Shown piece by piece: positions 19,001 through 38,800 of a stretch of DNA of 64,000 bases. The notes beneath the pieces were generated by a model. The model worked only from the letters and a program-made list of their open reading frames with translations. It did not search any database and was not told the origin of the DNA. Where the stretch lies: positions 242,420,001-242,484,000 of the forward strand of contig OZ024743.1 in NCBI GenBank assembly GCA_964016885.1, written 5' to 3'. Each line of letters begins with the position of its first letter. Within the stretch, counting starts at the first letter, position 1. The translations under genes were made by a program, and so were the position numbers. This DNA is from Eledone cirrhosa. Its lineage: Eukaryota.

Positions 19001-20830
19001 CTCGCAACACATACACAATGATATACACTAACATATACATGATACACTCACAACATACACACAATGATATACACTAACATATACATGATACACTCGCAAC
19101 ACATACACAATGATATACACTAACATATACATGATACACTCACAACACATACACAAAATGATATACACTAACATATACATGATACACTCGCAACACATAC
19201 ACACAATGACATACACTAACATATACAAGATACACTCACAACACATACACACAATGACATACACTAACATATACATGATACACTCGCAACACATACACAC
19301 AATGATATACACTAAAATATACATGATACACTCGCAACACACACACAATGACATACACTAACATATACATGATACACTCGCAACACATACACACAATGAC
19401 ATACACTAACATATACATGATACACTCGCAACACATAGACACAATGATATATACTAACATATACATGATACACTCACAACACATACACACAATCACATAC
19501 ACTAACATATACATGATACACTCGCAACACATACACACAATGGTATACACTAACATATACATGATACACTCGCAACACACACACAATGACAAACACTAAC
19601 ATATACATGATACACTCGCAACACATAGACACAATGATATACACTAACATATACATGATACACTCACAACACATACACCCAATGACATACACTAACATAT
19701 ACATGATACACTCGCAACACATACACACAATGATATACACTAACATATACATGATACACTCGCAACACACACACAATGACATACACTAACATATACATGA
19801 TACACTCGCAACACATACACAATGATATACACTAACATATACATGATACACTCGCAACACATACACACAATGATATACACTAACATATACATGATACACT
19901 CGCAACACATACACACAATGACATACACTAACATATACATGATACACTCGCAACACATAGACACAATGATATATACTAACCTATACATGATACAGTCACA
20001 ACACATACACACAATGACATACACTAACATATACATGATACACTCGCAACACATACACACAATGATATATACTAACATATACATGATACACTCGCAACAC
20101 ATACACAATGATATACACTAACATATAAATGATACACTCACAACATACACACAATGATATACACTAACATATACATGATACACTCGCAACACATACACAA
20201 TGATATACACTAACATATACATGATACACTGGCAACACATACACACAATGACATACACTAACATATACATGATACACTCGCAACACATACACACAATGAT
20301 ATACACTAACATATACATGATACACTCGCAACACACACACAATGACAAACACTAACATATACATGATACACTCGCAACACATAGACACAATGATATACAC
20401 TAACATATACATGATACACTCACAACACATACACACAATGACATACACTAACATATACATGATACACTCGCAACACATACACACAATGATATACACTAAC
20501 ATATACATGATACACTCGCAACACATACACACAATGATATACACTAACATATACATGATACACTCGCAACACATACACACAATGATATACACTAACATAT
20601 ACATGATACACTCGCAACACATACACACAATGATATACACTAACATATACATGATACACTCACAACACATACACACAATGACATACACTAACATATACAT
20701 GATACACTCGCAACACATACACACAATGACATACACTAACATATACATGATACACTCGCAACACATACACACAATGATATATACTAATATATACATGATA
20801 CACTCGCAACACATACACAATGATATACAC
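10030..20830 (+). repeat. Higher-order repeat, about 4 copies, period 2632/2630/2820 bp (boundaries approximate)
   Basis: Private variants recur with identical spacing: ATGGTAT at 11461, 14093, 16723, 19543; AACCTAT at 11899, 14531, 17161, 19981; 22-bp half-monomers at 10868, 13500, 16130, 18950. Confidence 0.92.
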
Positions 20831-23800
20831 TAACATATACAAGATACACTCGCAACACATACACAATGATATACACTAACATATACATGATATACTCGCA
20901 ACACATACACACAATGACATACACTAACATATACATGATACACTCGCAACACATACACACAATGACATACACTAACATATACATGATGCACTCGCAACAC
21001 ATACACACAATGATATATACTAACATATACATGATACACACGCAACACATAGACACAATGATATACACTAACATATACAAGATACACTCGCAACACATAC
21101 ACAATGATATACACTAACATATACATGATACACTCACAACATACACACAATGATATACACTAACATATACATGATACACTCGCAACACATACACAATGAT
21201 ATACACTAACATATACATGATACACTCACAACACATACACAAAATGTTATACACTAACATATACATGATACACTCACAACACATACACACAATGACATAC
21301 ACTAACATATACATGATACACTCGCAACACATACACACAATGACATACACTAACATATACATGATACACTCGCAACACATAGACACAATGATATATACTA
21401 ACATATACATGATACACTCACAACACATACACACAATCACATACACTAACATATACATGATACACTCGCAACACATACACACAATGATATACACTAACAT
21501 ATACAAGATACACTCGCAACACATACACAATGATATATTCTAACATATACATGATACACTCGCAACACATACACACAATGATATACACTAACATATACAT
21601 GATACACTCGCAACACATACACACAATGATATACACTAACATATACATGATACACTCGCAACACATACACACAATGATATACACTAACATATACATGATA
21701 CACTCACAACACATACACACAATGACATACACTAACATATACATGATACACTCGCAACACATACACACAATGACATACACTAACATATACATGATACACT
21801 CGCAACACATACACACAATGATATATACTAATATATACATGATACACTCGCAACACATACACAATGATATACACTAACATATACAAGATACACTCGCAAC
21901 ACATACACAATGATATACACTAACATATACATGATACACTCGCAACACATACACACAATGACATACACTAACATATACATGATACACTCGCAACACATAC
22001 ACACAATGATATATACTAACATATACATGATACACACGCAACACATAGACACAATGATATACACTAACATATACAAGATACACTCGCAACACATACACAA
22101 TGATATACACTAACATATACATGATACACTCACAACATACACACAATGATATACACTAACATATACATGATACACTCGCAACACATACACAATGATATAC
22201 ACTAACATATACATGATACACTCACAACACATACACAAAATGATATACAGTAACATATACATGATACACTCACAACACATACACACAATGACATACACTA
22301 ACATATACATGATACACTCGCAACACATACACACAATGACATACACTAACATATACATGATACACTCGCAACACATAGACACAATGATATATACTAACAT
22401 ATACATGATACACTCACAACACATACACACAATCACATACACTAACATATACATGATACACTCGCAACACATACACACAATGATATACACTAACATATAA
22501 AAGATACACTCGCAACACATACACAATGATATACTCTAACATATACATGATACACTCGCAACACATACACACAATGATATACACTAACATATACATGATA
22601 CACTCGCAACACACACACAATGACAAACACTAACATATACATGATACACTCGCAACACATAGACACAATGATATACACTAACATATACATGATACACTCA
22701 CAACACATACACCCAATGACATACACTAACATATACATGATACACTCGCAACACATACACACAATGATATACACTAACATATACATGATACACTCGCAAC
22801 ACACACCCAATGACATACACTAACATATACATGATACACTCGCAACACATACACAATGATATACACTAACATATACATGATACACTCGCAACACATACAC
22901 ACAATGATATACACTAACATATACATGATACACTCGCAACACATACACACAATGACATACACTAACATATACATGATACACTCGCAACACATAGACACAA
23001 TGATATATACTAACATATACATGATACAGTCACAACACATACACACAATGACATACACTAACATATACATGATACACTCGCAACACATACACACAATGAC
23101 ATACACTAACATATACATGATACACTCGCAACACATACACACAATGATATATACTAACATATACATGATACACACGCAACACATAGACACAATGATATAC
23201 ACTAACATATACAAGATACACTCGCAACACATACACAATGATATACACTAACATATACATGATACACTCACAACATACACACAATGATATACACTAACAT
23301 ATACATGATACACTCGCAACACATACACAATGATATACACTAACATATACATGATACACTCACAACACATACACAAAATGATATACACTAACATATACAT
23401 GATACACTCACAACACATACACACAATGATATACACTAACATATACATGATACACTCGCAACACATAGACACAATGATATATACTAACATATACATGATA
23501 CACTCACAACACATACACACAATCACATACACTAACATATACATGATACACTCGCAACACATACACACAATGATATACACTAACATATACATGATACACT
23601 CACAACACATACACACAATCACATACACTAACATATACATGATACACTCGCAACACATACACACAATGATATACACTAACATATACATGATACACTCACA
23701 ACACATACACCCAATGACATACACTAACATATACATGATACACTCGCAACACATACACAATGACATACACTAACATATACATGATACACTCGCAACACAT

Positions 23801-26800
23801 AGACACAATGATATACACTAACATATACATGATACACTCACAACACATACACCCAATGACATACACTAACATATACATGATACACTCGCAACACATACAC
23901 ACAATGATATACACTAACATATACATGATACACTCGCAACACACACACAATGACATACACTAACATATACATGATACACTCGCAACACATACACAATGAT
24001 ATACACTAACATATACATGATACACTCGCAACACATACACACAATGATATACACTAACATATACATGATACACTCGCAACACATACACACAATGACATAC
24101 ACTAACATATACATGATACACTCGCAACACATAGACACAATGATATATACTAACCTATACATGATACAGTCACAACACATACACACAATGACATACACTA
24201 ACATATACATGATACACTCGCAACACATACACACAATGATATATACTAACATATACATGATACACTCGCAACACATACACAATGATATACACTAACATAT
24301 AAATGATACACTCACAACATACACACAATGATATACACTAACATATACATGATACACTCGCAACACATACACAATGATATACACTAACATATACATGATA
24401 CACTGGCAACACATACACACAATGACATACACTAACATATACATGATACACTCGCAACACATACACACAATGATATACACTAACATATACATGATACACT
24501 CGCAACACACACACAATGACAAACACTAACATATACATGATACACTCGCAACACATAGACACAATGATATACACTAACATATACATGATACACTCACAAC
24601 ACATACACACAATGACATACACTAACATATACATGATACACTCGCAACACATACACACAATGATATACACTAACATATACATGATACACTCGCAACACAT
24701 ACACACAATGATATACACTAACATATACATGATACACTCGCAACACATACACACAATGATATACACTAACATATACATGATACACTCGCAACACATACAC
24801 ACAATGATATACACTAACATATACATGATACACTCACAACACATACACACAATGACATACACTAACATATACATGATACACTCGCAACACATACACACAA
24901 TGACATACACTAACATATACATGATACACTCGCAACACATACACACAATGATATATACTAATATATACATGATACACTCGCAACACATACACAATGATAT
25001 ACACTAACATATACAAGATACACTCGCAACACATACACAATGATATACACTAACATATACATGATATACTCGCAACACATACACACAATGACATACACTA
25101 ACATATACATGATACACTCGCAACACATACACACAATGACATACACTAACATATACATGATGCACTCGCAACACATACACACAATGATATATACTAACAT
25201 ATACATGATACACACGCAACACATAGACACAATGATATACACTAACATATACAAGATACACTCGCAACACATACACAATGATATACACTAACATATACAT
25301 GATACACTCACAACATACACACAATGATATACACTAACATATACATGATACACTCGCAACACATACACAATGATATACACTAACATATACATGATACACT
25401 CACAACACATACACAAAATGTTATACACTAACATATACATGATACACTCACAACACATACACACAATGACATACACTAACATATACATGATACACTCGCA
25501 ACACATACACACAATGACATACACTAACATATACATGATACACTCGCAACACATAGACACAATGATATATACTAACATATACATGATACACTCACAACAC
25601 ATACACACAATCACATACACTAACATATACATGATACACTCGCAACACATACACACAATGATATACACTAACATATAAAAGATACACTCGCAACACATAC
25701 ACAATGATATATTCTAACATATACATGATACACTCGCAACACATACACACAATGATATACACTAACATATACATGATACACTCGCAACACATACACACAA
25801 TGATATACACTAACATATACATGATACACTCGCAACACATACACACAATGATATACACTAACATATACATGATACACTCACAACACATACACACAATGAC
25901 ATACACTAACATATACATGATACACTCGCAACACATACACACAATGACATACACTAACATATACATGATACACTCGCAACACATACACACAATGATATAT
26001 ACTAATATATACATGATACACTCGCAACACATACACAATGATATACACTAACATATACAAGATACACTCGCAACACATACACAATGATATACACTAACAT
26101 ATACATGATACACTCGCAACACATACACACAATGACATACACTAACATATACATGATACACTCGCAACACATACACACAATGATATATACTAACATATAC
26201 ATGATACACACGCAACACATAGACACAATGATATACACTAACATATACAAGATACACTCGCAACACATACACAATGATATACACTAACATATACATGATA
26301 CACTCACAACATACACACAATGATATACACTAACATATACATGATACACTCGCAACACATACACAATGATATACACTAACATATACATGATACACTCACA
26401 ACACATACACAAAATGATATACAGTAACATATACATGATACACTCACAACACATACACACAATGACATACACTAACATATACATGATACACTCGCAACAC
26501 ATACACACAATGACATACACTAACATATACATGATACACTCGCAACACATAGACACAATGATATATACTAACATATACATGATACACTCACAACACATAC
26601 ACACAATCACATACACTAACATATACATGATACACTCGCAACACATACACACAATGATATACACTAACATATAAAAGATACACTCGCAACACATACACAA
26701 TGATATACTCTAACATATACATGATACACTCGCAACACATACACACAATGATATACACTAACATATACATGATACACTCGCAACACACACACAATGACAA

Positions 26801-29800
26801 ACACTAACATATACATGATACACTCGCAACACATAGACACAATGATATACACTAACATATACATGATACACTCACAACACATACACCCAATGACATACAC
26901 TAACATATACATGATACACTCGCAACACATACACACAATGATATACACTAACATATACATGATACACTCGCAACACACACCCAATGACATACACTAACAT
27001 ATACATGATACACTCGCAACACATACACAATGATATACACTAACATATACATGATACACTCGCAACACATACACACAATGATATACACTAACATATACAT
27101 GATACACTCGCAACACATACACACAATGACATACACTAACATATACATGATACACTCGCAACACATAGACACAATGATATATACTAACATATACATGATA
27201 CAGTCACAACACATACACACAATGACATACACTAACATATACATGATACACTCGCAACACATACACACAATGACATACACTAACATATACATGATACACT
27301 CGCAACACATACACACAATGATATATACTAACATATACATGATACACACGCAACACATAGACACAATGATATACACTAACATATACAAGATACACTCGCA
27401 ACACATACACAATGATATACACTAACATATACATGATACACTCACAACATACACACAATGATATACACTAACATATACATGATACACTCGCAACACATAC
27501 ACAATGATATACACTAACATATACATGATACACTCACAACACATACACAAAATGATATACACTAACATATACATGATACACTCACAACACATACACACAA
27601 TGATATACACTAACATATACATGATACACTCGCAACACATAGACACAATGATATATACTAACATATACATGATACACTCACAACACATACACACAATCAC
27701 ATACACTAACATATACATGATACACTCGCAACACATACACACAATGATATACACTAACATATACATGATACACTCACAACACATACACCCAATGACATAC
27801 ACTAACATATACATGATACACTCGCAACACATACACACAATGATATACACTAACATATACATGATACACTCGCAACACACACACAATGACATACACTAAC
27901 ATATACATGATACACTCGCAACACATACACAATGATATACACTAACATATACATGATACACTCGCAACACATACACACAATGATATACACTAACATATAC
28001 ATGATACACTCGCAACACATACACACAATGACATACACTAACATATACATGATACACTCGCAACACATAGACACAATGATATATACTAACATATACATGA
28101 TACAGTCACAACACATACACACAATGACATACACTAACATATACATGATACACTCGCAACACATACACACAATGATATATACTAACATATACATGATACA
28201 CTCGCAACACATACACAATGATATACACTAACATATAAATGATACACTCACAACATACACACAATGATATACACTAACATATACATGATACACTCGCAAC
28301 ACATATACAATGATATACACTAACATATACATGATACACTCACAACACATACACACAATCACATACACTAACATATACATGATACACTCGCAACACATAC
28401 ACACGATGATATACACTAACATATAAAAGATACACTCGCAACACATACACAATGATATACTCTAACATATACATGATACACTCGCAACACATACACACAA
28501 TGATATACACTAACATATACATGATACACTCGCAACACACACACAATGACAAACACTAACATATACATGATACACTCGCAACACATAGACACAATGATAT
28601 ACACTAACATATACATGATACACTCACAACACATACACCCAATGACATACACTAACATATACATGATACACTCGCAACACATACACACAATTATATACAC
28701 TAACATATACATGATACACTCGCAACACACACACAATGACATACACTAACATATACATGATACACTCGCAACACATACACAATGATATACACTAACATAT
28801 ACATGATACACTCGCAACACATACACACAATGATATACACTAACATATACATGATACACTCGCAACACATACACACAATGACATACACTAACATATACAT
28901 GATACACTCGCAACACATAGACACAATGATATATACTAACATATACATGATACAGTCACAACACATACACACAATGACATACACTAACATATACATGATA
29001 CACTCGCAACACATACACACAATGATATATACTAACATATACATGATACACTCGCAACACATACACAATGATATACACTAACATATAAATGATACACTCA
29101 CAACATACACACAATGATATACACTAACATATACATGATACACTCGCAACACATACATAATGATATACACTAACATATACATGATACACTGGCAACACAT
29201 ACACACAATGACATACACTAACATATACATGATACACTCGCAACACATACACACAATGATATACACTAACATATACATGATACGCTCGCAACACACACAC
29301 AATGACAAACACTAACATATACAGGATACACTCGCAACACATAGACACAATGATATACACTAACATATACATGATACACTCACAACACATACACACAATG
29401 ACATACACTAACATATACATGATACATTCGCAACACATACACACAATGATATACACTAACATATACATGATACACTCGCAACACATACACACAATGATAT
29501 ACACTAACATATACATGATACACTCGCAACACATACACAATGATATACACTAACATATAAATGATACACTCACAACATACACACAATGATATACACTAAC
29601 ATATACATGATACACTCGCAACACATATACAATGATATACACTAACATATACATGATACACTCACAACACATACACACAATCACATACACTAACATATAC
29701 ATGATACACTCGCAACACATACACACGATGATATACACTAACATATAAAAGATACACTCGCAACACATACACAATGATATACTCTAACATATACATGATA

Positions 29801-32800
29801 CACTCGCAACACATACACACAATGATATACACTAACATATACATGATACACTCGCAACACACACACAATGACAAACACTAACATATACATGATACACTCG
29901 CAACACATAGACACAATGATATACACTAACATATACATGATACACTCACAACACATACACCCAATGACATACACTAACATATACATGATACACTCGCAAC
30001 ACATACACACAATTATATACACTAACATATACATGATACACTCGCAACACACACACAATGACATACACTAACATATACATGATACACTCGCAACACATAC
30101 ACAATGATATACACTAACATATACATGATACACTCGCAACACATACACACAATGATATACACTAACATATACATGATACACTCGCAACACATACACACAA
30201 TGACATACACTAACATATACATGATACACTCGCAACACATAGACACAATGATATATACTAACATATACATGATACAGTCACAACACATACACACAATGAC
30301 ATACACTAACATATACATGATACACTCGCAACACATACACACAATGATATATACTAACATATACATGATACACTCGCAACACATACACAATGATATACAC
30401 TAACATATAAATGATACACTCACAACATACACACAATGATATACACTAACATATACATGATACACTCGCAACACATACATAATGATATACACTAACATAT
30501 ACATGATACACTGGCAACACATACACACAATGACATACACTAACATATACATGATACACTCGCAACACATACACACAATGATATACACTAACATATACAT
30601 GATACGCTCGCAACACACACACAATGACAAACACTAACATATACAAGATACACTCGCAACACATACACAATGATATACACTAACATATACATGATACACT
30701 CGCAACACATACACACAATGACATACACTAACATATACATGATACACTCGCAACACATACACACAATGACATACACTAACATATACATGATGCACTCGCA
30801 ACACATACACACAATGATATATACTAACATATACATGATACACACGCAACACATAGACACAATGATATACACTAACATATACAAGATACACTCGCAACAC
30901 ATACACAATGATATACACTAACATATACATGATACACTCACAACATACACACAATGATATACACTAACATATACATGATACACTCGCAACACATACACAA
31001 TGATATACACTAACATATACATGATACACTCACAACACATACACAAAATGTTATACACCAACATATACATGATACACTCACAACACATACACACAATGAC
31101 ATACACTAACATATACATGATACACTCGCAACACATACACACAATGACATACACTAACATATACATGATACACTCGCAACACATAGACACAATGATATAT
31201 ACTAACATATACATGATACACTCACAACACATACACACAATCACATACACTAACATATACATGATACACTCGCAACACATACACACAATGATATACACTA
31301 ACATATAAAAGATACACTCGCAACACATACACAATGATATACTCTAACATATACATGATACACTCGCAACACATACACACAATGATATACACTAACATAT
31401 ACATGATACACTCGCAACACATACACACAATGATATACACTAACATATACATGATACACTCGCAACACATACACACAATGATATACACTAACATATACAT
31501 GATACACTCACAACACATACACACAATGACATACACTAACATATACATGATACACTCGCAACACATACACACAATGACATACACTAACATATACATGATA
31601 CACTCGCAACACATACACACAATGATATATACTAATATATACATGATACACTCGCAACACATACACAATGATATACACTAACATATACAAGATACACTCG
31701 CAACACATACACAATGATATACACTAACATATACATGATACACTCGCAACACATACACACAATGACATACACTAACATATACATGATACACTCGCAACAC
31801 ATACACACAATGATATATACTAACATATACATGATACACACGCAACACATAGACACAATGATATACACTAACATATACAAGATACACTCGCAACACATAC
31901 ACAATGATATACACTAACATATACATGATACACTCACAACATACACACAATGATATACACTAACATATACATGATACACTCGCAACACATACACAATGAT
32001 ATACACTAACATATACATGATACACTCACAACACATACACAAAATGATATACAGTAACATATACATGATACACTCACAACACATACACACAATGACATAC
32101 ACTAACATATACATGATACACTCGCAACACATACACACAATGACATACACTAACATATACATGATACACTCGCAACACATAGACACAATGATATATACTA
32201 ACATATACATGATACACTCACAACACATACACACAATCACATACACTAACATATACATGATACACTCGCAACACATACACACAATGATATACACTAACAT
32301 ATAAAAGATACACTCGCAACACATACACAATGATATACTCTAACATATACATGATACACTCGCAACACATACACACAATGATATACACTAACATATACAT
32401 GATACACTCGCAACACACACACAATGACAAACACTAACATATACATGATACACTCGCAACACATAGACACAATGATATACACTAACATATACATGATACA
32501 CTCACAACACATACACCCAATGACATACACTAACATATACATGATACACTCGCAACACATACACACAATGATATACACTAACATATACATGATACACTCG
32601 CAACACACACCCAATGACATACACTAACATATACATGATACACTCGCAACACATACACAATGATATACACTAACATATACATGATACACTCGCAACACAT
32701 ACACACAATGATATACACTAACATATACATGATACACTCGCAACACATACACACAATGACATACACTAACATATACATGATACACTCGCAACACATAGAC

Positions 32801-35800
32801 ACAATGATATATACTAACATATACATGATACAGTCACAACACATACACACAATGACATACACTAACATATACATGATACACTCGCAACACATACACACAA
32901 TGACATACACTAACATATACATGATACACTCGCAACACATACACACAATGATATATACTAACATATACATGATACACACGCAACACATAGACACAATGAT
33001 ATACACTAACATATACAAGATACACTCGCAACACATACACAATGATATACACTAACATATACATGATACACTCACAACATACACACAATGATATACACTA
33101 ACATATACATGATACACTCGCAACACATACACAATGATATACACTAACATATACATGATACACTCACAACACATACACAAAATGATATACACTAACATAT
33201 ACATGATACACTCACAACACATACACACAATGATATACACTAACATATACATGATACACTCGCAACACATAGACACAATGATATATACTAACATATACAT
33301 GATACACTCACAACACATACACACAATCACATACACTAACATATACATGATACACTCGCAACACATACACACAATGATATACACTAACATATACATGATA
33401 CACTCACAACACATACACCCAATGACATACACTAACATATACATGATACACTCGCAACACATACACACAATGATATACACTAACATATACATGATACACT
33501 CGCAACACACACACAATGACATACACTAACATATACATGATACACTCGCAACACATACACAATGATATACACTAACATATACATGATACACTCGCAACAC
33601 ATACACACAATGATATACACTAACATATACATGATACACTCGCAACACATACACACAATGACATACACTAACATATACATGATACACTCGCAACACATAG
33701 ACACAATGATATATACTAACATATACATGATACAGTCACAACACATACACACAATGACATACACTAACATATACATGATACACTCGCAACACATACACAC
33801 AATGATATATACTAACATATACATGATACACTCGCAACACATACACAATGATATACACTAACATATAAATGATACACTCACAACATACACACAATGATAT
33901 ACACTAACATATACATGATACACTCGCAACACATATACAATGATATACACTAACATATACATGATACACTCACAACACATACACACAATCACATACACTA
34001 ACATATACATGATACACTCGCAACACATACACACGATGATATACACTAACATATAAAAGATACACTCGCAACACATACACAATGATATACTCTAACATAT
34101 ACATGATACACTCGCAACACATACACACAATGATATACACTAACATATACATGATACACTCGCAACACACACACAATGACAAACACTAACATATACATGA
34201 TACACTCGCAACACATAGACACAATGATATACACTAACATATACATGATACACTCACAACACATACACCCAATGACATACACTAACATATACATGATACA
34301 CTCGCAACACATACACACAATTATATACACTAACATATACATGATACACTCGCAACACACACACAATGACATACACTAACATATACATGATACACTCGCA
34401 ACACATACACAATGATATACACTAACATATACATGATACACTCGCAACACATACACACAATGATATACACTAACATATACATGATACACTCGCAACACAT
34501 ACACACAATGACATACACTAACATATACATGATACACTCGCAACACATAGACACAATGATATATACTAACATATACATGATACAGTCACAACACATACAC
34601 ACAATGACATACACTAACATATACATGATACACTCGCAACACATACACACAATGATATATACTAACATATACATGATACACTCGCAACACATACACAATG
34701 ATATACACTAACATATAAATGATACACTCACAACATACACACAATGATATACACTAACATATACATGATACACTCGCAACACATACATAATGATATACAC
34801 TAACATATACATGATACACTGGCAACACATACACACAATGACATACACTAACATATACATGATACACTCGCAACACATACACACAATGATATACACTAAC
34901 ATATACATGATACACTCGCAACACATACACACAATGACATACACTAACATATACATGATACACTCGCAACACATAGACACAATGATATATACTAACATAT
35001 ACATGATACACTCACAACACATACACACAATCACATACACTAACATATACATGATACACTCGCAACACATACACACAATGATATACACTAACATATAAAA
35101 GATACACTCGCAACACATACACAATGATATACTCTAACATATACATGATACACTCGCAACACATACACACAATGATATACACTAACATATACATGATACA
35201 CTCGCAACACATACACACAATGATATACACTAACATATACATGATACACTCGCAACACATACACACAATGATATACACTAACATATACATGATACACTCA
35301 CAACACATACACACAATGACATACACTAACATATACATGATACACTCGCAACACATACACACAATGACATACACTAACATATACATGATACACTCGCAAC
35401 ACATACACACAATGATATATACTAATATATACATGATACACTCGCAACACATACACAATGATATACACTAACATATACAAGATACACTCGCAACACATAC
35501 ACAATGATATACACTAACATATACATGATACACTCGCAACACATACACACAATGACATACACTAACATATACATGATACACTCGCAACACATACACACAA
35601 TGATATATACTAACATATACATGATACACACGCAACACATAGACACAATGATATACACTAACATATACAAGATACACTCGCAACACATACACAATGATAT
35701 ACACTAACATATACATGATACACTCACAACATACACACAATGATATACACTAACATATACATGATACACTCGCAACACATACACAATGATATACACTAAC

Positions 35801-38800
35801 ATATACATGATACACTCACAACACATACACAAAATGATATACAGTAACATATACATGATACACTCACAACACATACACACAATGACATACACTAACATAT
35901 ACATGATACACTCGCAACACATACACACAATGACATACACTAACATATACATGATACACTCGCAACACATAGACACAATGATATATACTAACATATACAT
36001 GATACACTCACAACACATACACACAATCACATACACTAACATATACATGATACACTCGCAACACATACACACAATGATATACACTAACATATAAAAGATA
36101 CACTCGCAACACATACACAATGATATACTCTAACATATACATGATACACTCGCAACACATACACACAATGATATACACTAACATATACATGATACACTCG
36201 CAACACACACACAATGACAAACACTAACATATACATGATACACTCGCAACACATAGACACAATGATATACACTAACATATACATGATACACTCACAACAC
36301 ATACACCCAATGACATACACTAACATATACATGATACACTCGCAACACATACACACAATGATATACACTAACATATACATGATACACTCGCAACACACAC
36401 CCAATGACATACACTAACATATACATGATACACTCGCAACACATACACAATGATATACACTAACATATACATGATACACTCGCAACACATACACACAATG
36501 ATATACACTAACATATACATGATACACTCGCAACACATACACACAATGACATACACTAACATATACATGATACACTCGCAACACATAGACACAATGATAT
36601 ATACTAACATATACATGATACAGTCACAACACATACACACAATGACATACACTAACATATACATGATACACTCGCAACACATACACACAATGACATACAC
36701 TAACATATACATGATACACTCGCAACACATACACACAATGATATATACTAACATATACATGATACACACGCAACACATAGACACAATGATATACACTAAC
36801 ATATACAAGATACACTCGCAACACATACACAATGATATACACTAACATATACATGATACACTCACAACATACACACAATGATATACACTAACATATACAT
36901 GATACACTCGCAACACATACACAATGATATACACTAACATATACATGATACACTCACAACACATACACAAAATGATATACACTAACATATACATGATACA
37001 CTCACAACACATACACACAATGATATACACTAACATATACATGATACACTCGCAACACATAGACACAATGATATATACTAACATATACATGATACACTCA
37101 CAACACATACACACAATCACATACACTAACATATACATGATACACTCGCAACACATACACACAATGATATACACTAACATATACATGATACACTCACAAC
37201 ACATACACCCAATGACATACACTAACATATACATGATACACTCGCAACACATACACACAATGATATACACTAACATATACATGATACACTCGCAACACAC
37301 ACACAATGACATACACTAACATATACATGATACACTCGCAACACATACACAATGATATACACTAACATATACATGATACACTCGCAACACATACACACAA
37401 TGATATACACTAACATATACATGATACACTCGCAACACATACACACAATGACATACACTAACATATACATGATACACTCGCAACACATAGACACAATGAT
37501 ATATACTAACATATACATGATACAGTCACAACACATACACACAATGACATACACTAACATATACATGATACACTCGCAACACATACACACAATGATATAT
37601 ACTAACATATACATGATACACTCGCAACACATACACAATGATATACACTAACATATAAATGATACACTCACAACATACACACAATGATATACACTAACAT
37701 ATACATGATACACTCGCAACACATATACAATGATATACACTAACATATACATGATACACTCACAACACATACACACAATCACATACACTAACATATACAT
37801 GATACACTCGCAACACATACACACGATGATATACACTAACATATAAAAGATACACTCGCAACACATACACAATGATATACTCTAACATATACATGATACA
37901 CTCGCAACACATACACACAATGATATACACTAACATATACATGATACACTCGCAACACACACACAATGACAAACACTAACATATACATGATACACTCGCA
38001 ACACATAGACACAATGATATACACTAACATATACATGATACACTCACAACACATACACCCAATGACATACACTAACATATACATGATACACTCGCAACAC
38101 ATACACACAATTATATACACTAACATATACATGATACACTCGCAACACACACACAATGACATACACTAACATATACATGATACACTCGCAACACATACAC
38201 AATGATATACACTAACATATACATGATACACTCGCAACACATACACACAATGATATACACTAACATATACATGATACACTCGCAACACATACACACAATG
38301 ACATACACTAACATATACATGATACACTCGCAACACATAGACACAATGATATATACTAACATATACATGATACAGTCACAACACATACACACAATGACAT
38401 ACACTAACATATACATGATACACTCGCAACACATACACACAATGATATATACTAACATATACATGATACACTCGCAACACATACACAATGATATACACTA
38501 ACATATAAATGATACACTCACAACATACACACAATGATATACACTAACATATACATGATACACTCGCAACACATACATAATGATATACACTAACATATAC
38601 ATGATACACTGGCAACACATACACACAATGACATACACTAACATATACATGATACACTCGCAACACATACACACAATGATATACACTAACATATACATGA
38701 TACGCTCGCAACACACACGCAATGACAAACACTAACATATACAGGATACACTCGCAACACATAGACACAATGATATACACTAACATATACATGATACACT

